Shown here one piece after another: positions 9,602 to 19,069 of a DNA stretch of 64,000 nt (position 1 is the first letter of the stretch; every line of letters begins with the position of its first letter). A model generated the notes under the pieces. That model saw only the letters and a list, made by a program, of their open reading frames with translations. It searched no databases and was not told the origin of the DNA. The stretch is from Bacillota bacterium (GTDB lineage Bacteria; Bacillota; Clostridia; Oscillospirales; Oscillospiraceae): the NCBI GenBank assembly GCA_029100605.1, contig JAQXPK010000093.1, forward strand, positions 1,851-65,850, read 5' to 3'. The position numbers were made by a program, and so were the translations under genes.

Positions 9602-10072
9602 TCACCCTTTTCCCCGCTGCTGCTTTTCCCGGCTCTGCTCGATGGCTTTTTCAATGGCCTGCTCCCGGAAATACTGGTTGCGCTGCTCCCGGGCGGCTTT
9701 GGCGGCCTGACGGCGGGCGCGGATGCCCTTACCCACCGGATCCTGCTTGGATTTGGGAAGTTCCTTGTGCTTCGCCCGACCGGTTTCGTTCCGCTCCGCC
9801 TGGCACTTTTCGCTGAAGCGCCAGATGACGAACTTGGAGCCGACACAGGAAACGCCCTCGGCGCCGGTGGCTTCACAGATGGCGTCGGACACCTCCCGGG
9901 GAGTCATCAGAGCGGTTTCCAGCACCTTTCCCTTCACCAGCTCCCGGGCGGTGAGCAGCCTGTCCGCCTCCTCAATCACCGCCTGTGTCACCCCGTCCTT
10001 ACCCACCATGAGGGTGGTGTCCAGACTGTTCGCCTGCGCCCGAAGCTCGGCGCGCTGTTTACTTGTCAGCAT
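9602..10072 (-). CDS. yhbY: YhbY/CRM-domain RNA-binding ribosome assembly protein with basic C-terminal extension
   Basis: MLTSKQRAELRAQAN..VGKDGVT..ELVKGKVL; synteny with nadD-yqeK-rsfS. Confidence 0.9.
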   Translation of the reverse strand: MLTSKQRAELRAQANSLDTTLMVGKDGVTQAVIEEADRLLTARELVKGKVLETALMTPREVSDAICEATGAEGVSCVGSKFVIWRFSEKCQAERNETGRAKHKELPKSKQDPVGKGIRARRQAAKAAREQRNQYFREQAIEKAIEQSREKQQRGKG

Positions 10073-10670
10073 AGCCTTCCTCCTTGAGTTTCTCGTAGAA
10101 CACCTTCAGCGCGTTTGCCCGGTGGGACACCTGATTCTTTTCCTCAGGGGTCACCTCCGCCAGAGTTTTGCCGAAGGGCGGATAGTAGAAAATGGGATCA
10201 TAGCCAAAACCGCCGGAACCGGCAGGGGCGCGAAGCAGCTCCCCGTGCACCTCGCCCCGAGCCTGGATGACTTTTCCCTCAGGGGTCACCAGGGTGATGA
10301 CACAGACGAACTGAGCCTGCCGCTGACCGTCTGGGACATTTTCGGTATTTTTCAGCAGCAGCTGCAGCCGTCCCCAATCGTCCAGGGTATCGTCAAAGCC
10401 GTACCGGGCGGAGTAGATGCCCGGCTCTCCGTTCAGGGCGTCCACGGCGATGCCGGAGTCGTCCGCCAAAGCGGGCAGACCCGTGGCCTTCATCACGGCG
10501 TCGGCCTTGAGAAAGGAGTTCTCCTCAAAGCTCGTGCCGGTTTCCGCCACGTCGATGTCCACGCCCAGGTCGGACTCCATCACCAGCTCCATGTCAAATT
10601 TCTTCGTTATCTGGCTGATTTCCTCCAGTTTATGGGGGTTTTTGCTTGCCAACACTACCTTCATGCTCAA
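10059..10670 (-). CDS. rdgB: Non-canonical purine NTP pyrophosphatase (RdgB/HAM1)
   Basis: ASKNPHK, ALADDSG, PGIYSARY, GFGYDPIF, KNQVSHR. Confidence 0.95.
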   Translation of the reverse strand: MSMKVVLASKNPHKLEEISQITKKFDMELVMESDLGVDIDVAETGTSFEENSFLKADAVMKATGLPALADDSGIAVDALNGEPGIYSARYGFDDTLDDWGRLQLLLKNTENVPDGQRQAQFVCVITLVTPEGKVIQARGEVHGELLRAPAGSGGFGYDPIFYYPPFGKTLAEVTPEEKNQVSHRANALKVFYEKLKEEGYADK

Positions 10671-11572
10671 ATCAGTGCCTCCACAAACCCTTTCGCCTCA
10701 AAGGGCATCAGATCGTCGGCCTGTTCGCCCACGCCCACGAATTTCACGGGGATCTGCAATGCGTCCGCCACGGCAATGACGATGCCGCCCTTGGCAGTAC
10801 CGTCCAGCTTGGTCAGCGCGATGGCGGTGACGCCGGCGATTTCCTTAAACTGCTTGGCCTGAATCAAGCCGTTCTGGCCGGTGGTGCCGTCCAGCACCAG
10901 CAGCACCTCCTTCGCCGCGTCGGGCAGCTCCCGATCCACGATCCGGCTGATCTTGTTCAGCTCGTTCATCAGGTTGGTCTTGTTGTGGAGCCGTCCAGCG
11001 GTGTCGATGAGGATCACGTCGGAGCCTTTGGCCTTGGCGGACTGGATGCCGTCGTAGACCACGGAGGCGGGGTCGGCCCCCTCATGCTGCCGCACGATGG
11101 ACGCGCCGGTTCTGCCCGCCCAGATTTCCAGCTGGTCGGCGGCGGCAGCCCGGAAGGTATCCCCCGCCACCAGCAGCACCTGCTTGCCCTGAGAAACCAG
11201 CTGCTTGGCAAGTTTGCCGATGGTGGTGGTCTTGCCCACGCCGTTGACGCCGATGACCAGAATCACACTGGGACGGGTGGACAGATTCAGCGCCGTATCC
11301 CCCACGGACAGCATATCCACCAGAATGTCCTTCAGCGCCTGTCTGGCCTCCTCCGTGGTTTTCAAATGCTGTTCTTTGACGGCCTTGCGCAGAAGCCCCA
11401 CGGCTTTGACTGCGGTATCCACCCCCAGATCCGCCAGAATCAGGCTCTCCTCCAGCTCGTCATAGAAGTCGTCGTCGATTTCGGAAAAGCCGGAAAACAC
11501 GCTGCCCAGGGAATCGCTGAGCGCCTCCCGGGTTTTGGTCAAACCGGCCTTGATTTTGTCAAAAAAGCCCAT
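10667..11572 (-). CDS. ftsY: Signal recognition particle receptor FtsY
   Basis: GVNGVGKTTTIGKLA, DTFRAAA, DTAGR, TKLDGTAKGG; start MGFFDKIK at 11572. Confidence 0.97.
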   Translation of the reverse strand: MGFFDKIKAGLTKTREALSDSLGSVFSGFSEIDDDFYDELEESLILADLGVDTAVKAVGLLRKAVKEQHLKTTEEARQALKDILVDMLSVGDTALNLSTRPSVILVIGVNGVGKTTTIGKLAKQLVSQGKQVLLVAGDTFRAAAADQLEIWAGRTGASIVRQHEGADPASVVYDGIQSAKAKGSDVILIDTAGRLHNKTNLMNELNKISRIVDRELPDAAKEVLLVLDGTTGQNGLIQAKQFKEIAGVTAIALTKLDGTAKGGIVIAVADALQIPVKFVGVGEQADDLMPFEAKGFVEALI

Positions 11573-11618
11573 AATACTCTCCTGTTCCTGTGTGATAAAT
11601 CCGCCGAAGGGCGTTTTC

Positions 11619-14600
11619 TTACTCCACAATGCCCAGATACTGCTCCATCTGGTTCAGATCCAGCCGCAGTAGCTTGCTGACGCCCTGCTCCTGCATGGTC
11701 ACGCCGTAGAGCACGTCGGCGGCCTCCATGGTGCCCCGGCGGTGGGTGATGACGATGAACTGGGTCTTTTTCGCCAGGTTGTGCAGATAACTGGCAAACC
11801 GCTCCACGTTCCGGTCGTCCAGTGCCGCGTCGATCTCGTCCAGCAGGCAGAACGGCGTGGGGCGCACCTTCAAAATGGCGAAGTACAGCGCCGTGGCCAC
11901 GAAGGCCTTCTCACCGCCTGAGAGCAGCGTGATGGTCTTGACCTGCTTTCCGGGAGGCTGAACCCGGATCTCAATGCCGCAGGTCAGGGGATTTTCCGGA
12001 TCCTCCAGGATCAGCTGTCCCTTGCCGCCGCCGAACATTTCCTCAAAGGTCTGCCCGAAATAGTGGTTGATTTTTCCAAATTCCGTGACAAATATGGTGG
12101 TCATTTCCTTGGTGATGTCCCGGATAACGCTCTCCAGCTCCCGCTTGGAATTCAGCACGTCATCCCGCTGTCCGGCGAGGTAGCTGTAGCGCTCGTTGAC
12201 CCGGGCGTACTCCTCGATGGCGCCCAGGTTGGGGGTGCCCAGAGCGGCGATTTTCCGCTTCAGTTCCCCCGCCCGGCGGTTTCCAGCGGAGACGTTTTCG
12301 ATCTGACCCCGGTGCTCCGGGGCGGTGCCTGGGGTCAGTCCGTAGGATTCCCACAGCTTGTCGATGATCTGCTTCTCCTCCATGCCGGAGGTGACTTTTT
12401 TCTGTTCCAGGAGGGCGCAGGCTCGCTCCATATTCAGGATGTCCTTGTTCTTCTCCTGGGCATCCCGCTCCGCACGGGTCTTGGCGGCTTCCGCCTCCCC
12501 CCGATCCTTCAACATTTGCTGCAAACGCCGGTTCATTTCCTCGGCCTCGGCGTCATTTTCCGTCTGTTGGTCTTTCAGCTGGGCAATCTGCCCTTCCAGC
12601 CGGGCGATGTCCTCCCGGATGGCATCCATCAGCGCCTGCTTCTTCTCCCGGTCGCCCTCCATGGCGGTGCGCAGCTGCTGCAAATCCTCAATGTGGTTCA
12701 ATGCCGTAGCGCGCTCGGCGTCCAGCGCTGCCTCCTCGGTTTTCAGGTTCGTCATCCGATCGGTAATGGCGGCGTTGGCCGCTGCCGCCTCGGTCTGGCT
12801 GCCTTCCAGTTGGGCTAGGCTCTGCCGGGTCTGCGCAAGCTGCTGCGTTAACACCTGAATCTTCGCCTGCTGAGCGGCGTAGCGCTCCCGGTCGGAGGTG
12901 TCCCGCTGCCGCAGAGAATCCCGCTCCCGCTGGGCGGAGGTCTCCGCCTCCACGATGGCGTTCAACAGAATCTCATGCTGCTTCTCCTGCCCCTGAAGCC
13001 GGAGCACCTGATCCTCCGCCTCCCGGAGCTGATCCTGGGCGGCGCGCATCTGGAATTCCACCTGGTCGCACTGGCGCTGCGCCTCCTGCAGATCCGCCTG
13101 GGTGATCTGCTGATCCTGCTGCAGCTTCTTTTCCTGTGCCGTCAGCTTCTCCAGCTCGTTGGCACGGGACAGGATTCCCGCTTCCTTATTCACCGAGCCG
13201 CCGGTCATGGAACCGCCGGGGTTCATGACCTGACCGTCCAGGGTGACAATTTTGAAGCGGCTTCGATACCTCTGGGACATGGCGATGGCGGCGTCCATAT
13301 CGGAGACGATCACCGTCCGACCCAGCAGATTTTCCACGATCCCCCGGTAGGTTTCGTCGAAGGATACCAGCTCGGAGGCAATGCCCACAAAGCCCCGGCA
13401 GTTTTCCAGGCCGGTCTCCTGCAGGCTCCTGCCCTGAATACTGCTCAGGGGCAGGAAGGTCGCCCGACCGCCGCCGGTGCGCTTTAAGTAGCCGATGGCG
13501 GTCTTGCCGTCCTGCTCGGAGCCAACCACGATCTGCTGCATGGCGGCGCCCAGGGCGATTTCGATGGCGACAGTGTAGCTGTCCTCGGTGCGGATCAGCC
13601 GGGACACCGGCCCATGGATATTCCGCAGAGCGCCCCGCTGAGCCTCCTGCATGACCATGCGCACGGCCTTATTATAGCTCTCAAAGTCCCGCTCCATGGC
13701 TCGGAACACCCTGGCCTTGGCGGTAACGGTGTCCAGTTGGGCGGTGAGGCTGCGAAGCTGCTCCTGCAGATCATCCCGGCGCTTGACCCGGGTATTCTGT
13801 CGGAGGGTATAGCCCGCGATGGTATTGTTCGCGGCGGTGACTTCCTCCTGAGCGGCTTTCAGTTCCTTCCGGCATTGTTCCAGGTTGGTCTCGGCCTCAT
13901 GGTGCCGGGCGTTTCCTGCGGCAAGGTCGCTTTCCAGCTGCTCCAGCCGCTGCCGGGTCTGCACCATACTGTCCTCCAGACCCCGGACATCGGCCTGACG
14001 GCCTGCGATGTCCGCCGCCAGGGTGGATTCCTTCCCCCGAAGCTCCAGAAACTGCTTCGTCAGACCCTGGGCGTTGGCGGTCATAGCCGCCAGCTTCTGC
14101 TGCAAGGCCTCCAGTTCCCGGCGTTTGTCCGCCAGGCTGGTCTCGATTTCTTCGATTCGGCGCTTTGTCTGGTCGATCTGGGACACGATGCCCCCGGAAC
14201 GATCCTCCTGCCCCTTCAACTCTTCCTCAATCCGGGCGATGTTGCCGTTGTTGTTGTCCACATTGCCCCGGAGCACCGCCATCTGCCCCTCCAGCTGCTG
14301 GTGGGTCGCCGACAGCATATTGACCTTGACCCGAACGGTTTCCAGCTCGCCGTCCCGGGTGTGCAGTGCCTCGCCCAGCTGCTCTGCCTGACGGTACAGG
14401 GCGTCCAGATCGTCGTGAGCCTGCTGAAGCACAAAAGACGCCGAGGCGTAATCCTCCTCCGCCTTCTTGGCGGCGGCGGAGAGCCTGTCCAGGGTGTCCA
14501 GCCACACGGCGACCTCCACGCCCTTCAGCTCGTCCTTCAGTTCCAGGTACTTCTTTGCCTTTTCCGACTGCTGCTTCAAAGGTTCAAGCTGCAGCTCCAG

Positions 14601-15191
14601 CTCGGAGACCTTGTCGCCGATACGCAGAAGGTTATCCTCCGTGGCGGCGAGCTTACGCTCAGTCTCCTCCTTGCGGTGGCGGTATTTAGAGATGCCCGCG
14701 GCTTCCTCGAAGGTTTCCCGGCGGTCGCCGCTTTTCAGGGACAAAATCTCATCGATTCTGCCCTGCCCGATGTTGGAATAGCCCTCCCGTCCCAGGCCGG
14801 TATCCATGAACAGTTCGTTGATGTCCCGCAGGCGGGCGGATTGCTTATTGATGTAATATTCGCTGTCCCCGGAGCGGTAGTAGCGCCGGGTGACCATCAC
14901 CTCGTCGGCGTCGTAGGCCAGCGCCCGGTCGGAATTGTCCAGCGTCAGGGTCGCTTCGGCAAAGCCCACGGCGCTGCGCTTCTGGGTGCCGCCGAAGATC
15001 ACGTCCTCCATTTTGGCACCCCGGAGGGTCTTGCTGCTCTGCTCGCCCATGACCCAGAGGATAGCGTCGGAAATATTCGATTTTCCGGAGCCGTTGGGGC
15101 CGACGATGGCGGTAATGTCGTCGCCGAAGCGGATCAGCGTCTTATCCGGAAAGGACTTAAAGCCCTGCAGTTCCAAAGATTTCAGATACAC
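11619..15191 (-). CDS. smc: Chromosome segregation protein SMC
   Basis: GFKSF, GPNGSGKSN, long coiled coils, hinge GRATFLPL, LSGGEK, LDEIDAALD. Confidence 0.97.
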   Translation of the reverse strand: MYLKSLELQGFKSFPDKTLIRFGDDITAIVGPNGSGKSNISDAILWVMGEQSSKTLRGAKMEDVIFGGTQKRSAVGFAEATLTLDNSDRALAYDADEVMVTRRYYRSGDSEYYINKQSARLRDINELFMDTGLGREGYSNIGQGRIDEILSLKSGDRRETFEEAAGISKYRHRKEETERKLAATEDNLLRIGDKVSELELQLEPLKQQSEKAKKYLELKDELKGVEVAVWLDTLDRLSAAAKKAEEDYASASFVLQQAHDDLDALYRQAEQLGEALHTRDGELETVRVKVNMLSATHQQLEGQMAVLRGNVDNNNGNIARIEEELKGQEDRSGGIVSQIDQTKRRIEEIETSLADKRRELEALQQKLAAMTANAQGLTKQFLELRGKESTLAADIAGRQADVRGLEDSMVQTRQRLEQLESDLAAGNARHHEAETNLEQCRKELKAAQEEVTAANNTIAGYTLRQNTRVKRRDDLQEQLRSLTAQLDTVTAKARVFRAMERDFESYNKAVRMVMQEAQRGALRNIHGPVSRLIRTEDSYTVAIEIALGAAMQQIVVGSEQDGKTAIGYLKRTGGGRATFLPLSSIQGRSLQETGLENCRGFVGIASELVSFDETYRGIVENLLGRTVIVSDMDAAIAMSQRYRSRFKIVTLDGQVMNPGGSMTGGSVNKEAGILSRANELEKLTAQEKKLQQDQQITQADLQEAQRQCDQVEFQMRAAQDQLREAEDQVLRLQGQEKQHEILLNAIVEAETSAQRERDSLRQRDTSDRERYAAQQAKIQVLTQQLAQTRQSLAQLEGSQTEAAAANAAITDRMTNLKTEEAALDAERATALNHIEDLQQLRTAMEGDREKKQALMDAIREDIARLEGQIAQLKDQQTENDAEAEEMNRRLQQMLKDRGEAEAAKTRAERDAQEKNKDILNMERACALLEQKKVTSGMEEKQIIDKLWESYGLTPGTAPEHRGQIENVSAGNRRAGELKRKIAALGTPNLGAIEEYARVNERYSYLAGQRDDVLNSKRELESVIRDITKEMTTIFVTEFGKINHYFGQTFEEMFGGGKGQLILEDPENPLTCGIEIRVQPPGKQVKTITLLSGGEKAFVATALYFAILKVRPTPFCLLDEIDAALDDRNVERFASYLHNLAKKTQFIVITHRRGTMEAADVLYGVTMQEQGVSKLLRLDLNQMEQYLGIVE

Positions 15192-15227
15192 AGCATAACC
15201 TCATGACAAAAGATGATAATTCAGTTT

Positions 15228-15256
15228 ATTATATGCGCAAACGGGGGAAATTGCAA
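15228..15256 (-). promoter_or_regulatory. Sigma-A promoter of the smc operon
   Basis: TTGCAA-17 nt-TATAAT on minus strand. Confidence 0.75.
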
Positions 15257-15267
15257 GGGTTTCTTTT

Positions 15268-15334
15268 AGGCAACACCGCACAATGAGAACAGCGGGCTTC
15301 GGCGGATCTTTTGCCCCATTATGCGGTATTGCCT
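15268..15334. repeat. 67-nt dispersed hairpin repeat, copy A
   Basis: AGGCAACACCGCACAATG...CATTATGCGGTATTGCCT; ungapped 54/67 identity to 55078-55144. Confidence 0.85.
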
Positions 15335-15362
15335 TTGACTTTCCCGCTGCTCTTCTTTTTTA

Positions 15363-15391
15363 TTGACGCATTGGCGCAAAGGGCGTATAAT
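15363..15391 (+). promoter_or_regulatory. Sigma-A promoter of the GT-C gene
   Basis: TTGACG-17 nt-TATAAT. Confidence 0.75.
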
Positions 15392-15433
15392 GGCAGTCAG
15401 AGAATCTCCGAGAATCGGAAAAGGAGGCCCATT

Positions 15434-17005
15434 ATGGAGCGGAACAGCAACAACCGTGTTTTCCTCTTGGATACCGCGGCGCATTGGTTCGGAGCGAAGA
15501 TCCGGGAATACAGAGCGCCCATTCTCGCTTCCGCCATTTTTGGAATGCTGGCCTATCTGTTCGCCTTCACCAACAAGCTGGTGAACCACGATGAGGTATT
15601 CTGCCTCTTCTCCAAGGGCGCGACTGTGGATTCCGGCCGATGGGGACTGGGTTTGCTGGACAGCATTTTCCCAAATTATTCCATGCCCTGGCTTTACGGC
15701 GTCATCACTCTTGTCCTGATGGCAGTCTCTATCTGCATCCTTCTTCATCTGTTCTCCATCCGCAGCCGGCTGCTGCAGGTGCTTCTGGCGGGCTGCATTC
15801 TGGTATTTCCCTCCCTGATCGGCACCTTTGGCTATATGTTCACCAGCAGCTCCTATGCCGTGGCTTTTCTGCTGGCGGTGCTTGCTGCCTGGTTCCTCGC
15901 CCGCCCTGGCAAATGGAATCTTCTTCCGGCTCTTGGGTGTCTGGTGCTGTCGCTGAGTATCTACCAGTCCTACGTTGCCGTTTCCGCTGGTCTGCTGGTT
16001 CTGGTTCTCATCCAGCGGCTGCTGCAGGGGGACAAGGCCGCCTCGGTGATTCGGAAGGGCATTTATTTTGTGGCGTTTCTCCTGGTTAGCCTGGGGCTGT
16101 ACTGCCTCGCCACCGGTGTTGTTCTGCGGCTCACCGGGACTCAGTTCAATTCCTACGCCTCCGACAGCGTCACCTTTCGCTTATCCGACCTTCCCGCACG
16201 AATCGGGCTTGCCTATTCCAGCTTTCTTCGCTTTTTCACCGAGGGCTACCGGGGGCTGATTCCCACCGCGCTTTCCCGGGCTGCCCATTGGGTCTGCCTG
16301 GGCGCTTCCGTTGTCTTGCTGGTCATCTGGGGTTGCCAGCGGAAAGAAAAGGATCTCCCCAGGCTTCTGCTTCTGCTATTGCTCACTGCCCTGCTCCCTC
16401 TGGCGGTCAACTGTATGTATCTGATCACCACGGTCGATTCCATTCACACTTTGGTGCTGTATGGCTTTATCGCGGTGTATCTTCTGGCGGCGATTCTGGC
16501 GGAAGCCTGTCTTCCCCTGGCTGCGGAGGGAAAAGCGTCTGCCCTGTTCCGGCGCGTGGCCCTCAACGCTGTTACCCTGGCGATGGGCGTGATCCTCGTG
16601 TGCAATCTATATGTGTCCAACGAGGCCTACCTGAGTATGTATCTCCGGTACGAAAATGCCTACGCTTTCTACACGACTCTGGTTTCGGACATCAAAATGA
16701 CGCCGGGATTCAACGAGACGACCAAACTCGCCCTGATCGGGCAGTGGGAGAAGCCGGCGTATGACGCTAAGCAGTTCCCGTTTCTGAAGCAGCTGGCAGG
16801 CGTCCAGGGCTTTACCCCGAATTCCTACTCCCGGCAGCGTTTTCTGGAGTATTATCTGGGCTTCTCCATTCCCTTTGCCGCAGACGAGGAATGCCGGGAA
16901 ATCGAAGAATCGCCGGAGTTTTCCGAAATGGCGGTCTACCCGTATTATGGCTCGATGCGGATGATCGGCGATTGCCTGGTAGTGAAGCTATCCCAGTCAA
17001 AATGA
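15434..17005 (+). CDS. Polytopic membrane glycosyltransferase (GtrII / Glucos_trans_II-like, GT-C fold)
   Basis: About 10 hydrophobic segments; NHDE, SGRWGL, SIYQSY motifs; soluble C-terminal domain; ATG 15434 after AAGGAGG. Confidence 0.75.
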   Translation: MERNSNNRVFLLDTAAHWFGAKIREYRAPILASAIFGMLAYLFAFTNKLVNHDEVFCLFSKGATVDSGRWGLGLLDSIFPNYSMPWLYGVITLVLMAVSICILLHLFSIRSRLLQVLLAGCILVFPSLIGTFGYMFTSSSYAVAFLLAVLAAWFLARPGKWNLLPALGCLVLSLSIYQSYVAVSAGLLVLVLIQRLLQGDKAASVIRKGIYFVAFLLVSLGLYCLATGVVLRLTGTQFNSYASDSVTFRLSDLPARIGLAYSSFLRFFTEGYRGLIPTALSRAAHWVCLGASVVLLVIWGCQRKEKDLPRLLLLLLLTALLPLAVNCMYLITTVDSIHTLVLYGFIAVYLLAAILAEACLPLAAEGKASALFRRVALNAVTLAMGVILVCNLYVSNEAYLSMYLRYENAYAFYTTLVSDIKMTPGFNETTKLALIGQWEKPAYDAKQFPFLKQLAGVQGFTPNSYSRQRFLEYYLGFSIPFAADEECREIEESPEFSEMAVYPYYGSMRMIGDCLVVKLSQSK

Positions 17006-17007
17006 AT

Positions 17008-17041
17008 AAAAACGGAACCGATCGTGTCAGACCGGTTCCGT
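17008..17041 (-). terminator. Terminator between convergent GT-C and GT10 genes
   Basis: AAAAACGGAACCG...CGGTTCCGT. Confidence 0.6.
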
Positions 17042-17047
17042 ATGATT

Positions 17048-18067
17048 CTATTTCCGACCGGGATGTCCCAGTCTGTTCAGAACCTTCTGACCCATGCGTG
17101 CCGTGAGATTCTTCATTGTGAGTTGCTCCGAATCCACGGCTCTCGTCAGATAATCGTTGTACCGCTTCGGGTGGAATACCCTGGAACGTCGGTATGCCTG
17201 TTCCAGTGGTTGGTCGAAAATGTGGCAAATAAACTGGTTCAGTTCCCGTTCCAACCGTTCCGGGTAATCCGGATCCACCAAGACAGGCTGTCTCAGCATT
17301 TCCAGATACTGCTCGTCGTTTTGATCCAGCTCTTTGATCTTTTCAATTACCGCGTCAAAGGAATCATAGTCTGAGCAGTGGATAAAGGCATTCGGGTTAA
17401 AAATATCTTTTGCGGTATCACTCCCAAAATACACGGGGATTGTATCCGCATAAAATGCATCCATGAGCTTTTCGGTAACAAATCCCTCGCTTTTCGTACT
17501 TTCAAAGCAGAGCGTGAATTTGCATTTCCGTTGGAACTCCGTTTTGCTTTCGTCTGTCCAGTCAACCGTAAAACCGTTCGGCATATTGTTGAGATAGGTT
17601 CCGGGGGACTCCACCCGCTTATACTGGCAGAGTTTCCGAAAGAAGTCCCCGCGAATACCATTTTCAGACTCGTGACTGGCTATAAAATTGGCAAAGTACG
17701 GTTTCCGGCTGACGAATTCCGGCGGGTATGCCCGATCCCTGTGTGCCAATGACAGCCAGTGGCTCCGGGGCCACACGCAAGCTGGAAGATGGAAGCACCT
17801 GTCCAGGAGAGAAATTGGATATGTACAGATGGCGTAGTCGATCAGGTTCAGATCCGGAATAAAGTTTTCCCCGTTGTACATAATTCTGACTTGTGGATAT
17901 TTGCACCATTCATAGGGGTTCTCGCCAAATACATCGCAGATAATGTAATCCGGGTCATCTGAAATCTGAACATCATAGCCGTTCCCTTTCAAAATGTCGT
18001 AGACCAAATTCTGCTTCGGATTAAAGCCATCAAAGACTCCCACGTAGTTCAGTTTTACGGTCTTCAT
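17048..18067 (-). CDS. Glycosyltransferase family 10 (alpha-1,3/4-fucosyltransferase-like)
   Basis: GENFIPDLNLIDYAI; FANFIASH; KFTLCFES..GFVTEKLMDAF..IPVYFG (alpha-1,3-FucT motif). Confidence 0.88.
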   Translation of the reverse strand: MKTVKLNYVGVFDGFNPKQNLVYDILKGNGYDVQISDDPDYIICDVFGENPYEWCKYPQVRIMYNGENFIPDLNLIDYAICTYPISLLDRCFHLPACVWPRSHWLSLAHRDRAYPPEFVSRKPYFANFIASHESENGIRGDFFRKLCQYKRVESPGTYLNNMPNGFTVDWTDESKTEFQRKCKFTLCFESTKSEGFVTEKLMDAFYADTIPVYFGSDTAKDIFNPNAFIHCSDYDSFDAVIEKIKELDQNDEQYLEMLRQPVLVDPDYPERLERELNQFICHIFDQPLEQAYRRSRVFHPKRYNDYLTRAVDSEQLTMKNLTARMGQKVLNRLGHPGRK

Positions 18068-18091
18068 GTTTATCCCTCCCGTGCTGTTTTT

Positions 18092-19069
18092 CTATGAAAA
18101 ATAGTCACCGATCTCCACGCCCGTTTCGCTTTCTCTTCCCTTTCTCAGCAGTTTCTCCGTGCCGGTGACGTACATCAGAACCAGCCGTTTCAGCAGATAC
18201 CGGGGTGGGAAGGTATTGCCCCGTTCCAGAAAATAGTCTCTGGCATACCGCTTAATCAGGCGGATGCTCTGCTCGGTGTTGTCCGGGCAGTCCGGCAGAT
18301 AGGTAAGGGCGTCCACGAAGCTCAGATCGAATTCCCGCCGCAGCTCCGGGAAACGCCGGAGTACCGTCTGTCGACGTTTTGCCACGGAATCGATCCGGTC
18401 GATGGCAATCTGGGCTTTGGCTGCCGGAGACTGCATCACGCTGGAGGCCCGCTGGCGGTAGTTGTAGACGATTTTCGGGTCGCACACGACTCTGGCGGCG
18501 TTCATCACGCCCTGGTAGGTAAAATACTCGTCGTCTATCTTGTGCCCCTCTTCAAAGAAAATGCCCTCGAATAGTTCCCGCTTGTACAGCTTGTTCCACA
18601 GAAGTGCGCAGGTCCAGTCCCCGGGAAACTGGGTCAGAAAGGCTTTCCCCTCCAGGACACACCGTGCCTGCTGGGTCAGATGCGGCTCTTTGCGGGTGCG
18701 GAACACACTCCGAAAGGCGCAGCGGACAATGTCCGCGTCGTACTGCTTTAGGAGCGCCACCATATAGGCGTACGCCCCCGGCTCCAGATAGTCGTCGCTG
18801 TCCGCGAAACACAGGTATTCCCCTTCCGCCGCCCGCAATCCGGCATTTTTTGCCGCCGCGGCGCCGCCGTTTTCCTGGTGAATCGCCCGGACGCGGCTGT
18901 CCCGGCGGGCATAATCGTCGCAGAGGCTTCCCGAAGCGTCGGTTGAACCGTCGTCGATGAGAATCACGTCCAGCTTTTCATAATCCTGAGACAGGATGCT
19001 GTCCATACACTCCGGAAGATAGGGTGCCACATTGTACACCGGCACGATGACCGAAATCACGTCTTTCAT
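18092..19069 (-). CDS. Glycosyltransferase family 2
   Basis: ISVIVPVYN, DDGSTD, FADSDD, WNKLY. Confidence 0.92.
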   Translation of the reverse strand: MKDVISVIVPVYNVAPYLPECMDSILSQDYEKLDVILIDDGSTDASGSLCDDYARRDSRVRAIHQENGGAAAAKNAGLRAAEGEYLCFADSDDYLEPGAYAYMVALLKQYDADIVRCAFRSVFRTRKEPHLTQQARCVLEGKAFLTQFPGDWTCALLWNKLYKRELFEGIFFEEGHKIDDEYFTYQGVMNAARVVCDPKIVYNYRQRASSVMQSPAAKAQIAIDRIDSVAKRRQTVLRRFPELRREFDLSFVDALTYLPDCPDNTEQSIRLIKRYARDYFLERGNTFPPRYLLKRLVLMYVTGTEKLLRKGRESETGVEIGDYFS

